Assembly (NCBI GenBank): GCA_964016885.1
Contig: OZ024743.1
Location: 214,954,001-215,018,000, forward strand
Direction of reading: 5' to 3'
Origin: Eledone cirrhosa
Taxonomy: Eukaryota
Length of the DNA stretch: 64,000 bases
Of this stretch, positions 10,882-24,790 are shown in pieces. A program made the translations under genes and the position numbers. Under the pieces are notes generated by a model. It saw only the letters and a list, made by a program, of their open reading frames with translations, searched no databases and had not been told where the DNA came from. Position 1 is the first letter of the stretch. Each line of letters begins with the position of its first letter.

Positions 10882-12422
10882 TGTCAGCTAACATAGGAGC
10901 ATGAGTGTCATTCATATTGAATCCAGAGTTGTGCTCCTCGTCATAGACCTGATTTAAGTGGCACATAATAAGCCACTTGAAAGAAAATGTTTGAATAATG
11001 CAAAGAATGACGGGGAACATATACCTATCTAATACATGCTTCCTTATGATTGATTTGATGATGTTCAAAATAGATTCGATTGGCTAGGATACAATCACAG
11101 AAGAATGAGAGCTAGTGAAAAGGTTTTAATCACAAAGGACATTTTATGACATGTGATCTACAATAATATACATTTATTAATAAAGAATCCATGACCTTAT
11201 CTTTTGTTGTTGATTAACTACCAAGATTGCACTATTTAATCTATTATCCGTTTTATTGCCATATTTCTTACAAGCCATAAACCATAACCAGATGTGGTCG
11301 TTAAATCCAGCCAGACTTGGAAAGAAAATGTAAAAATCATGAAGATGATTGAACGTAGATTCTCTCATATATAATACCAATTGTGCCAAATATTTAATAA
11401 GGCCTCAAAAAAGTTCACAGCTTAAAAAAGTACAACTAGTGGCGAGCCTACTTCAAACTCATACCACTAACAGAATAATAATAAACAAAATACTAGATAT
11501 TAATGGTAGTAATAGTTCGAATAGATTTCATTACAAAAACCTTGTAGTTTCCGGGATTAAACTGTGGCTACGGTCATTACAAAACTAACTCTAACATTAA
11601 AATATTACCTGACTACTCAGATTGACTAATATACAATCACAAAACAATTATTCCCACCAACGATGTTTTCATAATAGTTGTCAATTAATTATATTAATTT
11701 CATTTCCTAACAAAGGTTAACTGATAAGATTTTTTATTGTCATATCCATTCGTTTGCAATAATCTAGAAATATATGTGTATGTTTATGTATATATGTGTG
11801 TGTATGTATGTTTGTATGTCCGTATGTATGTATATATGTATATATGTATGTATGTAAGTATGTATGTGTGTGTTGTGTATGTCATATATATACGTGCGTC
11901 TAAGTGTGTGTGTGTGTATGTCTGTTCACGTGTTGAACTTTATCAATATTGTACAACTGATAATGCCTGAATGACCGACGACATGTTGATTCACGGCAGA
12001 TGTGTTTGAACTGCACACCAAGAAAACCTAGAAATACCAATAAATGACCGTCTTTAACGGAAACACAATATAAAGTGAGGAATAATGCGTTGTTATTGTT
12101 ACTCGACCAATGAAGGATAATTTGATTGAAGAGAAAATGAACAATGGTCACGTTTAAGATATGACAGAGCAATAAAATTGTCATAGTAAAGTACTAATGA
12201 AATATGATTTTCTTGGACGCCCGCTGATTTTTTTTCGACGTGTCATCGTTACGGACATTAAAGAAGTCAAAATGTATTACTGAATAGATTGTAGATTTAA
12301 TAATTTTGATTCTGTAGTTGAAGCTCAATGTATTTACTGAACCATATTCTCTCTCTTCCTATCTCTTTCATCTTCTTGCCTATATTCCTATTCATCCTTC
12401 CTTTATCTTTATAATATATATG

Positions 12423-12458
<36 letters not shown>

Positions 12459-12479
12459 GTGCAATTATATACCTGAACA

Positions 12480-13680
12480 AAACAGAGAGGCAGACAAATA
12501 AAGGTTTATTAGGTTCACGCTTTTGAGAGTGGGGGTGGGGTGGACGTTTAGGGCATAGGACCTTCTTCAGGAGTAAATATGTTAGGAAGAGAGTTCAGAG
12601 GTGTGTGGAAATTCATTTATAAAAAAGAACAAATAAAAATAAAAATAAACGTAAAAATAAACATATGAATAAACAATAAGATAGACAAGTGGTGGAAGGG
12701 TGTGAGGCGTGTAAGGGTGGTGGTGGGTGGAGTTGGGAGAGGGAGGCGGGGGGTCGAAGCGAGGAAGGCTGAAGGTGGTGTTTTTGTATGTGTGTAGGTG
12801 TACGTGAGTGTGTGTGCGTGTGTATGTGAGAGTTTGAGGAAGAATGAGGTTCCATGTTCAGGAAAATGTGTGTGCGTGATGTTGGGTGTAAGTCGGTGTG
12901 TGCGTGTGTGTGGAAGGAGAGGGGTCAGGGGTGGGGTAGGTGGCGTGTGGATTCCGGAGGTTGTGTATATTTGGGGGTACGCACGTGTGTGTTTGTGTTT
13001 ATATGTGGTGTGGATGTGGGTGGTGTGGTGCGAAAATAATGTGTGAGTGTATGTTCGTGGGTAAGGTCCTGAGGTAGTTTCCGTGTGTGGAGAGCTGCTG
13101 GATATGTTTCAAGATATGGAGTGGATGGTCGGAGAGATGACCGAAAGTGTAGAATCCAATGTTGGTGGTGGTCGGAAGTGGAGGGAAGAGGGGTGCGCAC
13201 GCAACAGGAAGTGATCAGAGGGTCAAGACAGGGTGTAGAGATAGCAGTAGAGCGGGATGACAGGTGGGGTGAGGACTGTGTGTGTGTCTGTGTGTGCGGA
13301 GGTGTGGTGGACAGGGAGGAGGATGGGTAGGTGGGAAGGGTGGAGGGGATAGGTGTGAAGGGTGGAGGGGGAAGGTGGTGATGGGGCGCCAGGGGTTTAT
13401 ATTAGTAGAGGTGTTAGTGGGATGTGTGTGCGTTAAGGGGTGTGGGTGGAGAGGGGATAGGGAGAGAGAGAGGGAGCGAGAGAGAGAGCGAGAGAAGAGG
13501 TGTTGGGGACGGAGGAGGGATTGTAGTGTGCTGGTGTGTGTGTGCGTGTTTGGATGAGGGTGTGTGTGGTAAAGTGGGTGTTAGTGGGTGTTAGTATTAC
13601 ATGTGGTGGGGAAAGGGTGGAAAGCTGGTGTGTAAGTGGTGGTAATAAAGGAGTAACCAATCATCCTTACTATCTTATTT
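12480..13680 (-). mobile_element. GT-rich decayed repeat, possibly Penelope-like
   Basis: Strong strand bias, bounded by (TA)n on both sides. Degenerate CTGAAGA..AAACGTC motif on the minus strand near 12543-12572, and resemblance to 54840-54960. No clear protein motif. Confidence 0.35.
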
Positions 13681-13681
13681 C

Positions 13682-13724
<43 letters not shown>

Positions 13725-13758
13725 TTTCTGAATTTGTTTAGCAAGATTATTTATCTGA

Positions 13759-14335
13759 AAACGTGTGTTGAAACCGATATTGTTATATTTGGGAGGGTCA
13801 TATTGTCAATAAGAAACACACGCATCATATGCTTTCACTCCAATGTATTATAAATTAAATTTATAAATTTAAGAATTTATAAAATTCCGGTTGTTGGTTG
13901 GTTCAACAACCAGGCGGTTGTTCATATATTGTCAAAGTTATTTCGTTACACATTATGTGACCTCTTCAGTGACTGGGGATTCTTTTCTTTGTTTTTGTGA
14001 CTCCCCGTTGTTCTGTCCTACGCCATCTCGTTTTTGTGTGTGGGGGATATATATATATATATATATCCCACACAAAAACAAGATGGCGTAGGACAGAATA
14101 AAGGAGAGACACAAAAACAAAGAAAAGAATCCCCAGTCACTGAATGGTCACATAATGTGTGATGAAAGAACTTTGACAATATATGAACAACCGTCCGGTT
14201 GCTGAACCAACCAACCAACCAACCGGAAATTCATAAATTCTTAAATTTATAAATTTAATTCATAACAAATTGGAGTGAAAGGAGCTGGTGCGCGTGTTTC
14301 TTATTGGCAACATGATCTTTCCAAAGCATCACAAT
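13759..14335. repeat. inverted pair of ~280-bp Penelope-like pLTR units around a (TA)n spacer
   Basis: 13759-14046 is a diverged reverse complement of 14067-14335. Each arm has gtca-CTGAAGA/CTGAATG-hairpin-GAAA..tt-tgac. A third copy is at 58363-58567. Confidence 0.85.
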
Positions 14336-14344
14336 ATATATATA

Positions 14345-14790
14345 TATGGAAAAAATGAAACGAAATTTCATTCCTCACTCTTAGTACGGATGTTACTTAA
14401 ATATAAGTATGTATACGTACATACATATATGTATACATACTTACAGTAGTATGTATATATATATACATACATGCACACATATATATAGTTACGTATGTAT
14501 TCACCGAACATTTATTATAATGGTCGGTTTGTTTGTAAACAACCTTCCCGAATTAAGCCGTACAGTGTTTAGCAACCATCGTTGCCGGGCGCACCGACAA
14601 TGATAAATGGAAAAAAATGAAACATTTCATTTCTCACTCCTAGTATGGCTGTTACTTAAATATAAGTATGTATACGTACATACATATATGTATAGAGACG
14701 TAAAGTAGTATGTATATATATACATACATGCATACATTTATATATGTACGTAAGGATTCACCAAACATTTATTATAATGCTCGGTTTACA
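14345..14790 (+). repeat. tandem pair of ~185-260-bp (TA)-associated repeat units
   Basis: atggaaaaaaatgaaac...cttagtacgg..ttacttaaatataagtatgtatacgtacatac occurs at ~14346 and ~14607, with a third partial copy at 53629-53710. Confidence 0.8.
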
Positions 14791-14989
14791 TACTTATATA
14801 TATATATAGAATTTAGTATATCTACTAACATATGCGTACATATGTACGCTAATGCTAGCAAATACATAAGTTATGTCGTAGTACCTAGGTGGTTCAATGC
14901 AGGAGCATGCAGAACAATAATATGAAGGACGTAAAATAAGAAAAATTTAAAAAAAAATTTTAAAAATTAACTTACTTACTAACATTTTC

Positions 14990-15071
14990 ACTCCAACTAA
15001 TTAGTTTCTGCAATGGGATAAAGACAGTTACGTAATATAGCCGTCGAGAATTCATTGCGTCATCAGGGAGT
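14990..15071 (-). ncRNA. type I hammerhead-ribozyme-like motif (inverted copy)
   Basis: Near-identical reverse complement of 15530-15611. Confidence 0.6.
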
Positions 15072-15529
15072 CTATTCTCAGCTAAGTCTCAAGGCAATGC
15101 GCGGACACTGGGGACTCATATAAAAATAATAATAATTCGGTAGATGGAACAGCTAGCGGGGACTGGATTCCATGCACTGAAAAGCTCGCTGTCTCTGGTC
15201 AAATGGCAGATTCTAAAGAATCAATCACGTGACACTGAGGCTAGTCGGAAGGAGTGGGATGGTAAGATGACAGAAGTCTACTACCACACCAATGAATTAG
15301 TAGTGGTTTGGGCAGGTTTGCTCAACAAATAAATAATTTGGAGATAAATATAGAGAATTTAGTATATCTACTAACATATGCGTACAGATGTACGCTAATG
15401 CTAGCAAATACATAAGTTATGTCATAGTACCTAGGTGGTTCAATGCAGGAGGATCATCTACCGAATTATTATTATTTTTATATGAGTCCCCAGTGTCCGC
15501 GCATTGCCTGGAGACTTAGCTGAGAATAG

Positions 15530-15611
15530 ACTCCCTGATGACGCAATGAATTCTCGACGGCTATATTACGTAACTGTATTTATCCCATTGCAGAAACTAA
15601 TTAGTTGGAGT
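15530..15611 (+). ncRNA. type I hammerhead-ribozyme-like motif
   Basis: Stem I ACTCC/GGAGT, core CTGATGA (15535-15541), stem II GCAATG/CATTGC with a long loop, GAAA (15593-15596), palindromic stem III ACTAATTAGT, cleavage triplet GUU (15604-15606). C.A mismatch at the base of stem II. Confidence 0.62.
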
Positions 15612-15673
15612 GAAAATATTAGTAAGTTAATTTTTTAAATCTTTTTTTAAGATTTTCTTATTTTACGTCCTTC

Positions 15674-15930
<257 letters not shown>

Positions 15931-16182
15931 GAAGGATTGATGTAAAATCACGACTGTGTGAATCACATGCCGAAACTCTTGGCGCCGCGGTCACGGCTTT
16001 ACATACCTCTATAGCCAATATGCATGTCCCCATGAATTGCGCACTCCCACGATTAGGGGTCTCTCTTGTAACAGCACTGCAGATTCTATTTAACAATCTG
16101 ATGTCTTTAAAATCGAAAAAAAAGGATTAATTGTTCCACAGTAAGGCCAATAAATATGTGTTGTTAAATATATAGATCTCAT

Positions 16183-17566
16183 CAGTGGCGGACTAAAAGT
16201 ATTGGTTGCCAGGAGATGAAGGGGGTCCACCTACATATAGAATGCTATTATTTAATTTTTATAAGGAATAAATAACATTTTCGAAAAATACATAAGTAAC
16301 AAAACAGTGTATTCAATTTTTTGCGGAAAAATATCTTACCTTCTCCAATAAAAAATATTTTGTATTTCGCGAAATCCAGAGATTCCAGTAATGACCAGAA
16401 GTCGACACCAAATGATTTTAACTTTGATTTTGAAAGTAGGTTTATGATTATCAATTTTCATGATACTTTGAAGCTGTCTCGGTGGCTTAGTTGGAGGAAT
16501 CGTACACAGTGGTGATCTTGGTATGAAGTTAGATCCCAGTTGGTTCCCAGTAAATCTTTTCAGTTTTTTATCTATTGGTTGTAAAATAAAAACTGAAAGG
16601 ATTGAACGCTAGGTAAGGATCTCCACCGTCTCTAGTACGTACCGCTAGGCCACAGTGAGAACTATGAAAATCTTATTGAAAATTCATACTTATAAACCTA
16701 CTTTCAACATTTTCAAAACAATGTGTTGTGGTGATGTTCATGTCTTTCTTACTGTTATTGCTCCCACTTAAGATCGACTTCTAAATCATTTGGGTGTTCC
16801 ATAAACTATATCCTCGTTTTGTTTCATATCTATCTAGACCATATTTTTACCTGTAATCCATATTTCATTTCTATTCCACCTCATTTCTCCCACCCCTCTT
16901 CTCTCTCGTTCTCCCTGTGATATTTGAATCGACTATGATTTGGGCTTACTTTATTCATATATATATGTTTTTGCATGTCATATTCATACATACAATGATT
17001 GGTATTATATATATTTGAGTACAAATCGCGTCGAGGTTAACTCTGCCTTTCATCCTTACGGGGTCGATAAAATGAAGTACCAGCAATGTACTGCGTAATT
17101 GCAGGCCTTGTGCCAAAACTAGAAACTTTTTTTATATATATATATGTATATATATTATTCAATATATTAATAAATGAAGACGTTCACATAATCAAAATAT
17201 ATGTTTTGTTATATATATTTCGGAGGCACTGGCTGTTTTTTCCGTACGTTCTCGTCCGATAAAATATATGAATTGATGAATAACATACTTCAACTCTCTT
17301 GATGGTTCAATTCAAGTATTGGCAGTGTTTTATTACAACAGAACTCCATATTTATAGACCACAAATAATAACATGTAAAACTTAAATATGATGTGGGGCG
17401 AGATATAAGTATAAGGAGGGGGGTGAGTTTGAGAAAATGCAAGAAGAATTAATATTTTGAATAATATTAATAACCCCAGAAAACCCATTGTAGAGTGCTT
17501 TTAATCTATTGTAAAACTATATTCATTGAGTAATCAATGAACCATATTAATCTTTGGTTATATGTA

Positions 17567-17605
<39 letters not shown>

Positions 17606-17968
17606 TTATATATATATATATATATATTATCTCTTTGCCGAAATAATCAAATTAAATTAATTCAACAGTTAAACACACATAGGAACAATAAGGTTGTTGC
17701 CAAAGGGCCAGAAGATTGACAAGTCGAATCTAAATATTACTAATAGCTCTAGAAAAGTCGTGAACGACACCAAACATTTTTTAACTTTGATTTTGAAAGT
17801 AGGTTGATAATTATCAAGTTTTATTACATTTCAGGTATTTTTTGAAAGCAAAGCATTCGCCCCTAAAATACTACAGTGGTCCCTGCAATGCTACTGTGGG
17901 CTCTTGAAATGCTACCGTGGGCCCCCTGAGGCCCATTTGCCATTGGGGAACCTGGCCAGTGCGCCACG
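16183..17968. mobile_element. non-autonomous hAT-type DNA transposon
   Basis: Left end CAGTGGCGGACT, right end AGTGCGCCACG (degenerate TIR). 8-bp TSD GATCTCAT (16175-16182) / GTTCTCAT (17969-17976). GGGCCCC subterminal motifs; internal repeat 16405-16470/17767-17830. Confidence 0.7.
17015..17128 (+). mobile_element. tRNA-derived SINE, 5'-truncated, nested in the hAT element
   Basis: gttaactctgcctttcatccttacggggtcgataaaatgaagtaccag...gccttgtgccaaaactagaaac core. Confidence 0.85.
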
Positions 17969-19924
17969 GTTCTCATTATCAACAGGATAACACAAAAAAA
18001 ATATTATCATACCGATAAGGGACGGCAACATGTTATTATCGAAAGATACATACATTACTGTGGTTAATAACATTACGAAACGGAAATAATTAATACAGAT
18101 TGATAGGGCATCCGTCCTGGAAGAAGTATTAACATGCAAGAGAGGCCGCCAGAACACCTGAACGGAAGGTGGTCAGATCCTCTAGTAAGGCATGTCAAAC
18201 TATTTGACGATCAAAGTAAAGTGAAACTTTGAAATTGCAGTATTTCCTTGTCCTTTCCTTCTCCTAATATTGAATGATTCTTTTGTTATATCTCTATGAA
18301 AACATTGTATGACATCTAGGAAAACTGATTGAAGCCTGTGGCATTCTACTTCAGGTGAAAGAATAGTATTGCTTTAAAGCAACCACGAGTGGAATTGGTT
18401 GAACTGCATTTAATTCCATATGCTTTTAAAATGAAATACATATTTTACATATTTTGCTTATATGTAAAAAGAACTGAACGTATCAATCGATATACAGAAA
18501 TCTGGTAAATAAAGTTTACTATATATAAATCACCAGCAACTTTTGTTTTCTCGAACGTCTCAAGAAAATTATCAAACAAAGTTAATATGAATTCGGGATA
18601 TGCGTAGAAAATATATTAAGCAGCATTAGATACATATTAAGTATTCTATGATCATGTTCTCTATGTGTTTCCGAATTTAAGAGATAAGAGAATAATAGCC
18701 GAATAAAAGAATATTCAATCCTTGATAAATTTCATGACTGAAGATGTAAATCCCTGGCTTATCACAGAAAACATTTCTTAATAAATAACGAAATATGTAA
18801 ACGATTTCATAGTTTCTAGTCGTAGATTAGCTAATATAAAGAATAATAACAGAAATACATGAATAATGATATTTTTATTTACATGCATAATGTTCTAACC
18901 GAGAAGTTATTGTTTGAATTTATTTCCAAAGATTAGCATTTTAGTGAAGAACATTCAATTTGTATCAATACACTAATATTAAATGTCTGTTGCAAACGCG
19001 CAATATATTTCTTGCCTTTTACGCTGAAACATGAAAGAAAACCGCGTATAAAAATATCGCTGAATGTATGAGTGGACAAAATTAGTTTATATTCGAATCA
19101 AGCTAAATAAAATGGTATTCTCATATTTACACACCCTTATTGTAATAAAGCATTTCAAATTCTGGATTTTGGTAGATATCAGAATTTTTTCCATTGGAGG
19201 ATTGAATTAATATTCTATCCGTATGACTTATTGTTCCTTGCAAAAAAGAGGCAATATATGTATTTTAACAAACATAAAAGTTAAATGACGTTTAACATTA
19301 CATAAGTTAGATAATATCATCCTTTGTAAGCTACATTTATGTTTGTTTTATTCGGAACATACATTTGATACAAATATCACTTAGTCATATACAAAATTGT
19401 GTCATACATATTAAATGACTGATCTTGTTTCACATAATGTAGCACAAATTTGGAGTTTGTCAAATCGTAATTATTAAATACATTTAATTCCTTTCTCATA
19501 CTATAGATTATTTTGTCATTATTATACTACTGTACTTGATTGCTAGAATATTGATTACAGTATTATGTTCTAAGTTATAGTAATAACGGGTCGATAAAAC
19601 GCAAGTACGGAAATTGATTTAAATAGATGTTTCTATGTCAGAAATAAGTAACGATATTGTTATTTTCTTCTTTAACAACGAATTAACATAATTTCACATA
19701 TTTTACAAGATTAAAGATTATACGATATGTCGAACTTCTCTAGTTTTTTTGTGTTTAATAAATTTTTACTGTATTTGAAATCAGGAACTCAAGAGATTTC
19801 GAAATAATATATTTCTTAATATACATGTTTAATCGTGAAACGCAAAACATATTGTTCTTATTTTTAAATTAAAATAATACATCATTAAAATGCCGGATTA
19901 CTGAATAGTTCATTAGACAGTGGA

Positions 19925-20017
19925 AATAATTGTTTCTACTTTAGTCACAAGGCCAGTAATTACCCAGTGCATTACTGGTACTTTATTTTTATCGACCCCG
20001 TAAGGATGAAAGGCAAA
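19925..20017 (-). mobile_element. tRNA-derived SINE, 3' half
   Basis: Reverse complement of the SINE core and 3' end. Confidence 0.85.
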
Positions 20018-20337
20018 TGTTTGATATATAACGTTTTCGTGAGAGGCTTATTATGAAATGTTTTAAATATTCGATCAGCAGCATTCTTTTTTATACTATA
20101 TGAGCTTTATTCATAATATAGCTAGAATATTCACCTCTAAATATATGAGAGTGATTCCATTTCAGATGGATACATCGAATGTATTTACAACAGTATGATA
20201 AGTATACGTAACAATGAATATATGGGGCATATACGGTGGATTGTTATGGTGTATACGATGAAATTTGAATTATATTCCTTAGACATTTAACTTAATCATA
20301 ATTATCGTATTCTAATAAAGTGTATTGTAAATGTGTT

Positions 20338-20510
20338 ACACACAGACACACACACACACATACACACACACTCACACACATATATATAAATACATATAAA
20401 TATAATATGTATATATGTGTGTTTGATTGTGTGTACGTTTGTGTGTATGTATGTATGTATGTATGTATGTATGTATGTATGTATGTATGTATGTATGTAT
20501 ATGTATGCAT
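20338..20510. repeat. (CA)n and (GTAT)n microsatellites
   Basis: Seen directly. Confidence 0.9.
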
Positions 20511-21810
20511 GGTTCCTTACACATTTCCAACTATCACTTTGCTCCAATTTCTAATAATGAAAAAAGATTTACGCGAAAATCTATCTTGAAATCATGTGTG
20601 CGTATATATTCATATGTGATTACTTGATTATCAATGATTGAATCCTTTATATTAGATGGTATACATGACTGTATTGATGTTCTTAAGGTTATATCATAAT
20701 ATTTAAAATAATATAATAAGAGTCTATTTAGAAACATTTGAATATGCCACGAAAAGAGAATAGGTGTCAAATGAAACGATTTTAAAACATAGCATTCAAT
20801 TCGAGTGAATATCATAAACTTGAGTAACAATAACTACATAAACATAAAGAGAAATATCGGTTTTAATATTTTGCCACATTTAATTCCAGTTAGCTGAACA
20901 GTATCACAGGATCGGAGATGGCCGTTGAATTTGCAACTTTGTAACGATGTAACGTTTAAAAATCTCGATATAAAATAAAAAAAAAACGAAAACAGTTCTC
21001 TAGTGATTTCCTTTTCTGGAGACAACGTAAAGCCTTAATTACTGTATCAAAGCAAATATTTTAATGACTATTTAGGAAATAATGTAACATTAGCAGACAT
21101 TTTGTCTGATTCTACATTGAATATGGTCAATATGTCCGGCAATAAATCCTCTAAATTGTCATTCTTTTCCCATAAAGATATGAAAATATAACAAAAGGAT
21201 GAAAACACAATGGATAAGTATCATTAAGTGTGTTTGATCTGTCTATTAATTTATTTTCCTAGATAAGCCAGCAGTTTTGTTCTTATCCCGCCTCTACGAG
21301 ATATGTTGATCAAGAAGAGCAGCACATATAAACGATAATAACTTGCTGAGACATTGAGTTATATCAACTTTCTACGCGCTCATATATATACGTTCATAGA
21401 CACATATATGAAAGTATTATAATTTTATCTGTTTAGAACTAATACGTACTGACTCGCAAACACAATGGCACACTCACACGTATACACATTATAGTGTGCC
21501 ATGAAAAGCAATGTCACAATACTAACTTTCCTTGTGTATTTTTCCATTATAAATGCCTTGTTGGTAAAATAAAAAATATTTTGTATAAAATAAATTATTT
21601 TGAGTCTTGCATTTATCACGGTGATTATAGTGGAAAGTGTGATTATGTTGCATGAAATCATGAAAATGTGAAACCAAATATGACAATAAAATAATTGTTT
21701 ATGTTATTAATCCATTATATTTAGTAAACCATTTTTGAATATTAAGGTATATAAGGAAGAAACAAGTTCAGTTGAGTTAACTCCTGTTATATTTTTTTCA
21801 GAGTTTCTTT

Positions 21811-23822
21811 TTAGAAATCCAGGACCTTACAACGATGAGCTTCGGCTACTTGAAGAACACACTGCTTCTCCTCCTCATTCTTGGTGATGGCAACACAATC
21901 AGTTATCAACTTGACTGCTCTCTCCGCCAGATCCTTGACTACCTTGATATTGTGAACAACAGCACAGGCATTTTCATATGACGCTTGTGATGACAAGTTG
22001 CAGTTGACAGCTCAAGACAAGTGTCGTCGAGACCAAGGAGATCGAACAGAAGCCTTGATTTCTTCCCAACTAGACGAGGCAGCTTCGTGGACGTCTTCAA
22101 CTCGGGAAATACTGGAGCACCACGGTCGAGAGGCCCATACGTTTTCGCTTTGACAAGACGTTGAGCTATTTGTTTCTTCTCGGACTCTTGGACCCGACTT
22201 GAAAACAGCGCTACCGGAATGGCTTCCTCCGTCAGGTACCAAAGATGCCTGCTCAGAGCAGTAGTGGCTGCCTGCAAGAGATATCTGTCAACCTTACTGT
22301 ACTGTGTCAACTCCACGTAGAATTGAAGGTCATTGGATGGTGTATCAGCTTACTTGACTGCTGTCAGCCAGTATCGCACGCAGAACAGAGCATTGGACAT
22401 ACAAATCCGGCGCAACCCTTCCATTTTAGCTTGATCGTAATTGAGTCGGTCATCAAATGCATACATCTTTGAACTATAGATGATTGTGGACATCCACCGA
22501 GCGTTATGATGTGCACCAGGCAACATCCAATGAATTACACGAGGCGGGGTGACACCGACAAGATCAACATCAACTCGACACATTCTCGGTAGTCGTCCCG
22601 TGGAAGAGAACTCATTTTCCCATCGTCGGATGTCAGCAAAACTTGGAGGGACTTGATGTTCTCAGAACACAGACGCTTGAGTTTCTGGTCGACAATGTTC
22701 AATGTTTTAAAGTTGGTGTTATCCGTGAGTGACACTCAATCTTTTTTGAAAACCTTGAACTCTGGGGTGTCTGAACTGGACATTGCTCCGAATAGTTGTT
22801 GCCTCACTGCACACAAGATACGCTCCACGGTGCCGACAAGCAAAATAAAACACCTTTTTGTTGAGCATATCTTCTAGTTTCACGCAGGCACTATTTTTCC
22901 ATCCAGAATTCGAAGCAGTTGTGTCGATGACCAAGCCAACCACAGACCCATCAACATTCCAATCTTTAACAAGATCAAATGATGCTTTGGCTCTAGTGGT
23001 TCCAGTGCCATCAGGAATTAAGAGAACACCGAGGAGTTTACCTTCACAGAAGTCCGGAGTTCCAGCTGGTCTTTTCGTTTCTTGTCTGACTTTGAGCTGT
23101 CTCTGGGTGGGTTTGAACCTGAAATTCAGGATCCTGTTCATCTTCAGTTTCATCGTTGGTTGAATTTGAATCACTCAGTTCATTACGTGGAGGTTGTGCT
23201 GTTATAGATCCTGACAAACGCTTTCTATGTTTCCCTGACTCTCGACGAGCCACAGAAACCTGATCACGCTTAAACTTTGAAGATACCTTTTTCTGGTAAC
23301 GCTTGTCTTCAACACCCAGAGATACTTTTTTCTGGCAACGCAGGGCTTCGAGAAATGTAGCATCTTCCATTTTGTGTTTATTATTACGAAGATGGTCTTT
23401 CAAAATTTGCTTTTCAGCATCATTATGTTCAATGTAGAAATACGAATCCAATTCAGAAATAAATAGTGCTTACATTTCTTTGTTTGACTTAGAATCTTTG
23501 TTTTTTTTGTAAATTTCAGTATTCACTGTATATGTTCATAACTTTCAGTTTTATTTTGTCTTTTCGTTGAGTCGCCACATCGGCTTTTTCCCAGTGACTA
23601 ACTACTTCCATCAAAAAGCCTATCCGCAATAGTACCATTGAAGCTCACATGCTTTTCTTGTTTCATAGGACCATCTTTCATTTAGAAAAAATATCTTAGA
23701 ACATCCTCCTTTGTTGGTATTTTGTTTGGTGAAAAGGAGGTAACATATTGCCCCAGGAGCAATATTTCTCGATCATCACAACGGAGCGAATAGCTACAAC
23801 TAGGCCCACTGGTTTCCGCCAT
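21811..23822 (-). pseudogene. decayed hAT-superfamily (hATm-like) DDE transposase
   Basis: Ordered frameshifted fragments: MAETSGPS..KIPTKEDVLRYF, DTTASNSG..ACVKLE..FACRH, PRDDYREC, PGAHHNARWM, RHLWYLTEE and KVVKDLAERAVKL..LQVAEAHR. The D, CxxH-like, RW and E motif order is as in hAT. TIRs not found; subfamily label is from memory. Confidence 0.8.
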
Positions 23823-24002
23823 TATTCTGCCAATTTGCAACTATTGGGCAAGGCATAAATTAGTCTGAAATAATCAAAATTACAATATAAATTGATAATA
23901 TAAAAAATGGCATGAGAAAACGCATAGGGAGCTAAGAAAAAAAACACTTTTGTGTAAAATATCGGATTCTAGAACTTTCTTATATAAATATACACACATA
24001 AC

Positions 24003-24069
<67 letters not shown>

Positions 24070-24294
24070 AATATATGTGTGTGTGTATGTATTTATTTCT
24101 CCCCTTTCTTTTCTTTCTCTCTCTCTCTCTTCCCCCCTTCCCCCTCTCTCTCTCTGTATATACAAACTATTATATTTCATATGTGTGGCAATAAACCTAA
24201 AATATGATGCTGATTTCATACTATGATATTCATTCTTTAATTAAAAGGAAATATTATGTGTTTAACAGCAAATTGCACATACTTAATAATCTCC

Positions 24295-24790
24295 TTATAA
24301 TATATAACCAGCAATTTCTCTGTCTGTCTGTCCGACGCGTAGAGAGAGAGTGAGAGTGAAAGAAAGAGACATACTATAAGAGGGGGGTAGCGGGAGGGAG
24401 AGAGGGGAGACGCTGGAAGAGGGGAAGTAAAGCTATGACTTTCTGTCTGCATTACGATACATATATATATACACACACACACTGAGCGCGTCATAATGAC
24501 GTAATGCAGACATCAGTCATACAGACAGATATTATAGGTGCGCAACGTTATATCTATGTATCTATCTAAAAAGAAAGACTAAGAATTATATAGGGAGAAC
24601 GCTAAATCGTCTAATGCGGTCCCTAGGGCATTGAACATTTGAAATAATGTTTGCTCAAAACACTTACAGGACCATAAGTATGACATGTCTAAAGTTTGAA
24701 AACAATCCGTTGGATACTTCTAAAGTTTTAGTGAGCTGACAGACAGACATTCTCTGTTTTAGATATATAGACTAGCTGAAAACCACCCTC
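24295..24790. mobile_element. Helitron/HINE-like non-autonomous fragments
   Basis: tatata...tctgtctgtctgtcc start and aaagtttgaaaacaatccg...acagacagacattctctgttttagatatatagactagctg end, resembling DINE-1/Lep1-type termini. Confidence 0.4.
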
